A DNA stretch of 64,000 nt from Lama guanicoe. Taxonomy: Eukaryota. The stretch covers positions 6,967,957 through 7,031,956 of the forward strand of contig MU053881.1 of the NCBI GenBank assembly GCA_013239625.1, given 5' to 3'. Below are positions 35,801 through 46,658 of the stretch, piece after piece; position 1 is the first letter of the stretch, and each line of letters opens with the position of its first letter. The position numbers and the translations under genes were made by a program. The notes beneath the pieces were generated by a model. The model made no database searches and had not been told where the DNA came from. It worked only from the letters and a program-made list of their open reading frames with translations.

Positions 35801-38800
35801 GTCCTTAGAGGCTACAGTCTGGAAGAGTCCTTTTAAAAACATGACCTGACTGCCACTATCACGCCTAGAAATTGAACTATTCCTTAAAATATGAATCCCA
35901 GTTGAAATAATACCCCTCATGTGAAATTTTCAAGGCACTTTCTCTTAACTTTCACATTCTAGTCACATCGTCTAACTTTCAAATTTTATAGTGCGAGGCA
36001 ATAAAAGTAGCAAGGTATACCAGTCACCGTGTGCTGGGATTCACATAAGCTCGGTCATTTAATATATGCAACACACCATGGAGAAGGGAATATTGTCCTC
36101 ATTTCATAGACAGGAAAACTGAGGCTTAGAAATTAAATTGCTTACGAATAGTAGCTGGTCCAGAATAATGTAAGTCATGCAGTCCTGGGCCCTGGGCTCT
36201 TTATTCTGCAGTACATGAAGAATGGGGCATTTGTCGAGGGCAGATAAGATGTGCAAATGTTTTGAGATCTTTAAAATGCTATTTAAATGTATAATACTTG
36301 TTGCTGGTTGTTAGGAGTACTGCCTTATTCTATATTTGAACAACCCCTCGTAAAATAAATTACCTTTGACTTGGACGTAACCGGTCTTTTTAAAAAGCTT
36401 TTTTTTTTTCCACTATTGGAAATAACAAAATTTTACCTCCCAGCTTAGAGAAAAGCCTGCGTTTGTTTTTGCCTTCTCTTTGGAGGACTTGAAAGTCCAG
36501 GACCTTAGTGGAATCAATTTTAGGGATTTGCCAGAGAGGGTTGCAAACTGTTCATCAAATTCTCATTGATTTTTCCCTCGTAGGAGTTGCCAACTCTACA
36601 GGCAGAACGGAAAGGATTTTCTTTCTGCCTCCTTCCTGCCCTCCTGAGCAGATACCTTTGAAACAAAAATTCAGAAATAAATAACACACATCCATGATCC
36701 CCAAGGCTCTGAGGTTACAACGTGTAATTTTCTCTCTTGTTTGAGTTGACCACAAAGCATTGGTATTTACTTTATTTAATAAACAGTAAGAAGCCCTGTT
36801 TCGAGCCCTTTATAATACTTACACATTTAATCCTCTTAATGAAAACCTCTGAGGTAGATACCCTCATTAGCCTCATTTTACAGATGAAGAAACTAAGGCA
36901 GAGAGAGGTAAACAAATTTGCCCCAGGTGGTACAGCCCGAATCTGATGTCCATGTGCCTAACCTCGGTGCCCTGGTGCCTTTCCGGCTGCAACATTCATG
37001 CTCACAGGGCTGAAGTCTCTGGAGTGGGTAGCCCATTTTTTTTCAATTGGTAAATGTACCTGAAAAACTGTACTTTCAAAACCCAAGAATTATGTTGCCT
37101 GACTCAAGGTTTCAGACCAGATTTAACAGAACACATCTGTCTTGGTTGTGGACACCAGAGACCAGGAATTTGAAGCCACATGCTTTATTTATTTTTCCCT
37201 GATCAAGTTTGGGTTTGAGGAAGGAAAGAGAAATCCTGTTTGCAGTGGCGGATACTGCCTGAGGCAAGAGCCCCAGATGCTGCGGTACATCCAACATCTG
37301 GATGTAGAGTCAATTACACTTTCAGGTGCTCAGCCAGGTTTCCACAGTAACAGCCAGCTAAATGTCTGTCTGCTTCTCTTACTCTTAATATGATTTTAAC
37401 AATAATAATCATGGTAATAATTATAATGTAACAAATCACAATCATAACGGCCAACTCTTACCCCAATGTTTGCCAGGGTCAAGGGACAGTGCTATGAACT
37501 CCGTGGATCTAACGTTTGATACTCACGATAGAACTGTGAGGCAGAGGCAATGCTTATGGCAAAGCAAATACCTTGGAGAGCCCATAGGAGGGGCATCTCT
37601 TCTAGTCGAGAATTCAGGGAAGGCTTCCTGGAGGAAGAGACATCTAGGCTGTGACAAAAAGAACAAATCAGAATTTTGCAGGAAAAGTTAGAATTATGAC
37701 AAGGGGCATTCTGGGCACAGGGAAGAGCATTTGGCCAACTGTGCGAAAAATCAGACACTTTCACACAAGTGGAAGAAACGTCATATGATCTGAGCTGGAA
37801 GTGAAGGAGCGGGCAGGAAGACAAGAAACTAGAAAATTAAGGACTGATTTTTCAGGGACTTACATGCTCTGTAAAAGTTAATCCTTGATTCCTGGAGACT
37901 TCCAAATGGGGGTTCTGTCTTCAGATTCTCATGAGCTGTCAGCTACAGGGTTCGCCCTTTCCCACGTACGAAGAGCCGTGGTCTGACAGAGGGGGACGGG
38001 CCAGTTGAGAAGGAGCCCACGCTGGGGAAGTCAGAATGCCTGGGGATGGCAGTGACAGCTCCTGGTGAGTTGCCGTTGATTTCTAAATTCCCTGTGGTTG
38101 CTTGGGTGCCTGCTGATGTCCTGTGGTGGGGAACCATTCATGACACCTTTCTAAAGACACTTCTCCAGAAAATGAGGATCACTATCCCGGCACGTAAGAG
38201 CAGTGCCTGGGACACTGAGACGAGGAAATTAGGTGTGCACCTTGGGAAGAGTGAAAGCGGGTGTATTGCTACTAGCTCATCCTTCTGCTATGAAAGCACA
38301 CTGTTGACTTGTTTAAAAGATTGCAATTCTACAGATGGGAAGAGTGTGGGCTTTGCAGTCAAACATGTCTCGGTTCAAACCTCAGCGTTGCTGCTTATTT
38401 GCTGAGAGGCTTGGGGCCAGTTACGACACTCTCTGTGCCCAAGTTTCTGGGTCTCTAAAATGAGGAGAGTAAGAGTACTTCCTTTTTACGGCACGTGGGA
38501 CTACAAAGCTGATTTGGTGAGACAACACAGAGAAAGTTTATCACTGTGCTTGGCACACAATACTCAATAAAAGATGGTGCGTATTAACATTTCCAGCTCA
38601 ATCTGAATGACAAATAACTCTCAAAGGTATACGCATTTAAAAACCTGACATGTAAAGCTGAAGGAATGAATTAGTAACAGTGGAATTTCAGACAGAGGGG
38701 AAGAATTAGATTACAGGAAAGGGCTGAAAATCCTTGGAGGAGGACGCAGGAAAAAACCACAAGCTCATACTTTGACATTTGGCAGTTCTTTCTCTTTTTA

Positions 38801-39825
38801 GCTTTTTATTTGGGAAAGTAAATAAACTCATTAGATTCATCTATTAGCATTTTGCCTCATTTACTTTTCCTCTCTGTGTACATGCATGCACGCACACACG
38901 TGTGTACTCACATACACAATTTTTTTCTGAACCATATGAACAAGGTGCACACATCATGGCCTCTCACCTCTGAGTACTTTTGACTTGTGTTTCCTTTCCT
39001 GACGATGGAGATATTCTCTTACATAATCATAGCAGAGCTGCCCGCGTTGTAAATTTGGGATTGAATTTTTATCTAGTCTACCCTCTACATTCCAATTTTG
39101 TCAATTGACCACGAAATAGCTCTTTCCCCTGCAGTGCAGTTTCCAGTCTAGAATTTGCATTTGGCTGTCATATCTTTTTGTCCCTTTTAATACAGAACAT
39201 TTCCATCTTTCCTATGCTTGACATCAGTCTCTCTTTCTGAAAGAAAAAAAGAGGGGGAGGAGGGTGTCAGTCAGACATATTTGAGTCTGAATCCTGGCTT
39301 TTTATTTAGGAGCTGAGTGACCCAGGCATGCTACTTCACCTCCCCGAGTCTCAATCTTTCCATCTGCTAGGTGGAAACAGTAACAATACATGGTGAGAAT
39401 TCAGTGAAATCATGGGTGATCTTAGGCATCTAACAAGAAGCCTGCAACATAGTAAATGATCAACACATTTGATTAATGCGATTAATGTCATGTAATCAGT
39501 AATGTGGTAGTAAGTAATGTAATATAGTGTGGTCAGTTCAGCTCTGCCGCTTCCTTGCTGTTTGACCTTGAAGAAGTTGCTTTGCCTCTCAGAGACTCAA
39601 TATCCCAGGCTGTAAAATTGGGGCTTTTAATACCTTCCTCCTGGGATTGAAGGAGACAGCACAGGCGAAGTGTCCAGCTCAAGGCTGGCGCTGCTGGTGC
39701 TCAAAGGTGTTCAGTCAATACTAGTACCTTTTCCCCTTGCAAATGCCAACTAGCTTCTATCAGGAAAAAAACCTGCCCCATTTCACCAATCAGCACCCCT
39801 TCATGCAGAATTCTCAAAAGGCAGT

Positions 39826-39915
39826 AGTATAAATATATATGTATGCATGTATAACTATGCTGTACGCCAGAAACTAACACAACCCTGTAAACTGACTGTA
39901 TTTCAACTAAAAAAA
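39826..39915 (+). mobile_element. Short artiodactyl-type L1 3' terminus
   Basis: ctatgctgtacgccagaaactaacacaaccctgtaaactgactgtatttcaa plus A-tail. Near-copy of the element at 50149-50347. Confidence 0.75.
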
Positions 39916-42019
39916 TTTTTTTAAAAGACAGGTATAGGTTTTGCAGAAATTAACTCCAAGGGCAAAGACCTTACAGCAGGTGCTACCCTGTGAGAAGTGC
40001 TGAATCCCCAAAGATGTCTGCTGTTTAATGGGGAAACTGGAGACCTCAGCTCCCCGTGGAGGTTTTTCTCCAAGTGTGTTTTGGAACGTGGTTCTCTGTT
40101 GGTCAAACAAACGGCCATCGTGGGTGTGGCGGGTGTGGTGGGGATTTGGGGGGGTGGTGCTCACAGAGTGGTATGATTCATTGTTGTTTGAAATTAGAGT
40201 CTGGGGATCCTATGACTTTCATGTCATCATGGAAACTGATGTAGTGACTGCCCAAAACAGAGCTCCCCAGAGCTTCCCGGAGTGTCTAGGTCTCCCAAGG
40301 ACTGGCTCCTTCTCAGCAGTCAGGTCCCAGTCAGTGTCACCTCCTCAGGGAAGCCTTCTCTAGCCTCTGCATCTAATGCTACTCCCCAAACTCCCCAATG
40401 TCACCCCCTCCTGTTTTATTGTCTTTTTGACACTATCTGATAGCTGGTGTGGTTTCTCTGTTTTCCCGAAAAGGATATAAGTCCCAGACACCAGAGAATG
40501 TGTCTGTGTTCCTCGTCACCAAATCCTCAACCTGTATCGTGATGTCACCAATTTCATTAGTCACCAATATTTGTTGCCTGAATAAATGAGGTCCTCTCCA
40601 CTGTGACCTCCCTGTGATGATGAGGTTGGATGAAGGCAGACTGATGGCAGGCTCTGTCGTGACTTTTGGGCACATGGCGGGAGGTCAGGAGGGGGTCTGT
40701 GATAGATGGGTCAGGACTGAGTTCGGAGGATCATGGCATTTAATCCCTGGGAGATCAGCTTCCTCTCTGGGGAGGGATTTCTTCCTTCCCTTCTGTAACT
40801 GAAGTCAGCTGTCATGACCTCTCCAACCCGTCCTGGATGCAAAAATCCTGGGGATGGCCAAGAGGGCCTTACTGAACCATCTTCTCAAACATGGGACCTT
40901 CCTTGTCCAAATGAGCTGCAAGTAAAAAAAATATGAATTTCTGAATGCAAAATGAGGTAACTGATTTTGTGGCTGAAACTCATGAAACTCACCCAACATG
41001 TAGGGCTGACAGGGAGTGTGGTGGGCGGGGAAACGTATAACCACTACCCCTCAGGCTGTCATTTTATATCCCACAGGATTTGGAATCAGGGCTTGGGATC
41101 CAAATCCCAGTCAAGCTCCATAATATCTGTGTGACGTGAGCAAATGCTTTTCGTCTCTGGAGCCTCACCTTCCTCATGTGGAAGTTGGACCCATGATGCC
41201 TGCCTCACCTGGGAGGACTGAGCGACGTACACCTGTCGGGGCCCCCAGCACAGGCTGCCTGAGGGCGTTCGCCGTGGGTGGTCAGGCAGGTTAGGGTGAA
41301 GTTCAGGATGGTGGCCTCTGCAGTCAAACAGACCTGAGTGTGTGTCTCAATTCTCCCCCTTGCAAGCTGAGTGACTACGGATAATACTTCACTTCTTTCA
41401 AGCCTGGATTTTCCCATCTGTGAAGTAGTCCTAATAATGCCTAATAATAATTGCATATTTCTTAGAGCAATTGGCTGAATCAATACATTTTTTGCACACA
41501 CTGTCATTCAGGTAATTGTTACTGTTTGAAGCCTTATAAATTTAGATTCTTCCCTCTCAGACAGAAATGCAACTATTACTGTGTCCAGAGCTCACAGGAC
41601 ACTCAAATTCCTAAATAAAGTGATGGATTTATTTTTCAGTAGAATCTGGGAAAATAACCGGTCTCATCAGAGGTGGGTAACCTGTGCAACAAAAGGGTTG
41701 GTGGGAGGATCTCCATTGTTTGGGAGTGCAGGGCAGGGTTACAAGGATGCATCCTAGAGAGAGATGAAGACACTGCCACCTGTCTGGTCTGCTGCATCCC
41801 TTCCTCTCAACCTTCCTTGGCCTGAAGCATCAACCGTTCATCAGCCTCTCCTGCATCCTTTTCAGTTTCCCAGGAAGCCAAGTTGGCGACACCTCAGACA
41901 CCTCGTCCTGACATGTGATCACGGGGTATGCTTGCCCCAGAGGGCCTCTCCTGCCAAATAAATCTGCTCTGCTTGGTCTACATATGGGCAAGGCAGGTGG
42001 CCGGTGGCTCAGAGAGGCT

Positions 42020-42330
42020 AGAAGTGACCTTCTCTAACTCGGCTCCACGGGTTTGTTTGCAAGAACACAGACACACGAGTGGCCACGGACAATATGTGTT
42101 CCGACATTATATACGGGGCATATTTTGCTCAGAAACATGCCCTGTTAGTTGTTGAAACCTTTTTTGCATTCCCTGAAACAAATGACACTAAGGCGTATTT
42201 TCTTTTGGGGGGCTGTAAATAAAAGTCTTTTATGTTGACAATGATAATATTATATTCCACGATCTATTTGCATTTCTCTATTCTGTGGATTTTATTGCTC
42301 GGTATAAATCCGCAGGCTGAGGCACATTAA
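42020..42330 (+). promoter_or_regulatory. Candidate TATA-type promoter with forkhead and octamer motifs
   Basis: TATAAAT at 42303-42309. Forkhead-like TGTTTGC (42054), GTAAATA (42215), TGTTGAC (42233) and TATTTGC (42265), the last overlapping an ATTTGCAT octamer. Motif evidence only. Confidence 0.35.
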
Positions 42331-45300
42331 GCTTCACTCAGGGAGAAACAGTGCATTTTATCAAAGGGCTGGACAGCTACAGGCACCAGATGTCCCCTGC
42401 AGGGACGGTTGTTTGCCCAGATGTGCCGGGGATACGCACAGGGAGAAAGAAATGCATATGGGTATGCAGATTTTGGTGTGTGCACATGAAGCGTGGAAGG
42501 ATTTTCTTTGGATCCACAATCAAAATGGATTTCCGAGAGGGAGTTGGTCTGGGCACACGCCTACTTCATGTGCTATACACGGCCCCATCCCGCCAGTCAG
42601 GTCCTCAGGAAAGTGATCGTGCCTGCTTCGGCTCTGGCTAGAGCTCTTTGGCCCATGTGGTGGGCAGAAAACTGAAATGAGGACAGAGAAACGTCTCAGA
42701 GACTCGCAGAGGAGTTGAGTCACTCACCATCTTCCTGCAGGTCTTCTGAATACTTCTGAGCATAGGAGCGTCTTCTCCTAAAAGGCAAGCCAGTCGTTGC
42801 TGAAATAAACCACGACACAAGCTTGAGCCAGGGTTAATACCAACCATCGATGGTCCACTGAGCACTGTGTGCCATGCAGTGTGCTAAGCACTCTCTCATT
42901 TAATCCGTACAACAATCTGATATGAGGTAGGTGCTGCTATTATCCCCATTTTACAGATGGAATAACTGAGGTCCCTGATTCCATAGCCGGTAACTTGCAG
43001 AGAAAAAATTAAACCCCTGGGCAGTCTGGCTCCAGCTGTAGTTATTCATGGCAGGAGAAAATATGCGAAGTATGCCTTAAGAAAGCAACAAATGCCACTC
43101 CAATGTCAGGAATCAAAATATAAAGAAAGAAAGAATGAGTAATAGTTTTAATGAGATAAAGATGTCTGGTTGTCTGGCATAAGTTCATTTCCATAATGTT
43201 TTTCTACTTCAATCAAGGCTGTCCTTTTTTTCTTTTCTAGGGAAGTTTTCCAGGTGTGGGAAGTGGAACTATATTGGGTAGGTATGTCTCAGAGTCTTTG
43301 GCTCTGTTGAAGGGTTTGGTTGTAACTTCACCCCAAATCCACTGGAAAAGAGCAGAGAGTCCTTCTTCAGCACCATTCGGAAGAACACCCATGACATGGT
43401 GGTTTCTGAGCCACTGGACTGTTTAGGTTGAGCAAACGGGTCTTCTAAACGCCCAACTTTTAATGGAAAATGGACTACAAAAGTCCATTTTAATGGACTA
43501 CTAAAGTCATAAATTACTCATTTAATTGTGTTTCAAGCCCATTTATTTAATTTTTTGGATCTGAGGAAGAGTCAGTCAGGGGAGTAGATGGAAGGGGATT
43601 AATAAATGATTCCCATTTTTGGCCCTTTTGACTTGGCCTGGGATTCATTTGAATGGCTGTTTTCAAACTGAGCTTCTAAGGATGGCATTTGTGAGTGAAA
43701 TTGCCCCTTTTATTTTCAAGGTAATTGAATTCCATTTTTCACTTAACCACTTCCTTCCGGAAAAATCAAAATGTTTTTAGAACTTAGTGTCCCAGTGGGT
43801 GATTTTACATGGTGGGAACTTCACTATCATGAAACAGATGGGGCTGGGCGATGACATTCAAGGCAGGGAGGTCAGCCTCGTCCTCTGCAGCTGAACCCAC
43901 CACACCAGCCGGCCTGGAGAGCATGTTGATTTCACTGTGTTTGCACTGGAAACACCAAAGGAATGTCCACACCTTGTCCGTGGGCCAGGGCTGGGGGACT
44001 GGGGAGCTAAAATTCTGGCTGGCACTTTGTCATCCGTGGAGCAATCGAAGGGCAGTATTACTCAGAGGCAAAGCCAGGAACCATGTGCTGAAGGCCTGGA
44101 TCAGTGTGTCAGAAAGGGTTGGGCAGATGAGCTGATCTTGGGGGGCACTTGGATAGGACTTTAAATACCATTAAATCACATCGTGACATAATGATTATCT
44201 TTCCAATTCTCTTTCAATCCTTCTTCTGATTATCTCAAGGACAAAGTCCCAGTTTCATGCTCAGTGTCTTTAACATTTTTCTTCTCTCTTTTTTTAGGTA
44301 AAGACTAGGCCTAAGTCTTGGACTTCTGGAAGGTAACGGTTTCTGGTTTGGATTTAATAATATTGTTTCAGTTTTCATCATTTTCTTTTTATGATAACTT
44401 TTGCTGGATGGCAGTTTCAAAGGTAGAGGATAAAGTTTTGTTTTAAAACAAATGAGATTAAGATTTTTTTTCACTGTTAAGTAAATAATCATGTTTATGA
44501 ATGTGGCAAAACTCACCTGCATGGCATATGAACCCTGAAGTTTAGGATACACTGATTTAAGTGGCCCAGAAGGAAATAAAAAGAGATTGGTTTCTCCTAA
44601 ACTCATAGATATTTGCTATTTACTGCAGGCTGTGTTCTAACCAAAAGGTAGTATGTGTCAAGAGTAAGTCTGATTTCCAGTCTTCCGTCTACCCTCACTA
44701 GCCGTCAGCCTTAGCCTCTGAGAGCTTTGGTTTTCCCATCCGTACAGGGGGTATTATGAGCAGCTGAGGATAGCAGGGAGGTTCATTTCCTAAGCCAGGG
44801 TGGGCGATGCAAATAATGCTCATCGGAGAGGCGCTGACCCCTGGGCCGAGCCTTGGGAAGTTCAGTCCCCCTACTTCCAGTTAGCTTTGTTCTGTCTTCT
44901 TGCTGCCTGAGCTCTGAGTTTGCGGCTGGTAGGGAGGGAAGGTGGGGATGTAGCTTACATCCCCAGCAGCCTGGTGGAGAAATGCACTCCTGAGGCCAAG
45001 ATATCATGCAAACCCATCTGGCTGGGCTGGCTTAGCAGCATGAAGGTCAACGTTTTGTAAACGGGCAGGCTTCCCCCTTCTCAGGCTGCAAATCTTTGGC
45101 AGTCGGAGGCAGGCTCTGAATTAAGCTTAATTAAAATTCACTCTTAATTAGGGCCATTGCTTAACATCAACTCTATGTACTGAAGCTGTGTAATCATAAT
45201 TAAGCCCCAGAAATGGAGTTAGGAGGCACGGAATGCGAAAGCCAAACGTGGATGGGCCCAGTGCCAGTGGGGACAGTGACAGGACTCCTCAAATCAAGAG

Positions 45301-46658
45301 AATTTCCAAATAGTCAAGGAGCAATGAGTGCATGGAGGGGCATGCCAGGCTGCCCCAGCGCACAACTCCAGGGGGCACCCCTCACGTGGTTGTGTCCCGT
45401 GGAGGCCCCGATGCAAACCCCAGTTCCAGAGATCACCCAAGAGTGAGCTAATGCCACATCAGGGGGCTGAACCCCACATGGCAAAAATGAGACGCTGGCT
45501 CATGAGGAAACCACTGTCTCTCTCCCAGCCGTGACCTCTCTGTCCTTTATCTCGAGAGCATTTGCCTCTATTTACACTAAATAGACCCAGCGCTGTTTGC
45601 TGGTTCCTGTATTTTGGGCAAGCGGAGCTGGACGCCCCCGCAGCCGGTCTCAGCAGGTAGCTGTCCTGGTGGTGGTCACGTGGAAGGTCCTGCTCTTCCT
45701 ACAAAGTTTAGCAAACACCTTATCTCCCACAAAGTAGGTGAGGTAATGTTTATGAAAGATCACTCTGTCCTCTTCCATCAGGCTGGGGTGCCAGTGTGAC
45801 CACCCCGTGCCGGAGGGTGGACTCCTTGCAGCCACCTTGCTTCCCCATTCTCCCCTCCTGTTCCCTTATTTGGGTGGAAAACCTCACTGATGTCCTTCCT
45901 CCCTGCAGGTCTTGGGAGAGCAAGACTCTCCATCCACCATCCCACTGGCCTTCCTGTCTCTACTTTCCAAGGCACATTCCCGGCCCCCTTGGGAGGGGCT
46001 GGGGGGCCTCATCTCACATAGGAGGAAGTAAGGCATCTTGGCTAGTGTTACAAAGCAGGCAGGTGACAGGGCCGGGGGCCCAGGGTTCTACCTCTTAAAG
46101 TCCCTTCTGAACTCCTCTATTTGTGATAACTGCTCATTTAAAGATTCCTGAGTTTTGACAGGGATGGATGGATGGACGAGTAGCTGACTATATAGATAGA
46201 TGGAAAAAAAAAAAGCTGGACAAGAGAACAGGTAGGCAGCAAGACAGAGATAAGACTGTGTAAATGCAGACGACTCCTGAAAGATATATAAGAAACCAGG
46301 GACAGTAGTGGCCTCTGGAAAGGGAGCAGGGCATCTAGGAATCTAGGGGAGAGAGAGAGAAAGGGAGATTCTTTTTTATTGTCTTTTTATCTTTGCTTCC
46401 TCTGAAGGGTTGGAATATTTTTCATGTGCACATAGTGACTTAAAATAATGTCTCTTTCTACTTTTTTCAGCCATCTCTGCCCCTGTGCATCTGTCTATAG
46501 GGGAGGTCTGACACTCTAGAAAACTTGCAGGAGGTCCCTAGGGGGAGCGCTCAAAGGTGTTTCCTCGTCAGAAACTGGCTCCGCTTGATGAGTCCAGGCC
46601 ATCGACTCACAGATCCACGGGCAGCTCAGGCTTAGACTGAAAAGGACACGACCGGATG
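42330..46658 (+). ncRNA. Candidate spliced transcript (lncRNA or microprotein gene; possible LINC01187 ortholog)
   Basis: Putative exons ~42330-42461, 43241-43277/43281, 44298-44332 and 46471-46658. The three internal exons have strong pyrimidine-tract acceptors, and all four end at GT donors. No transcript evidence is available here. Confidence 0.35.
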
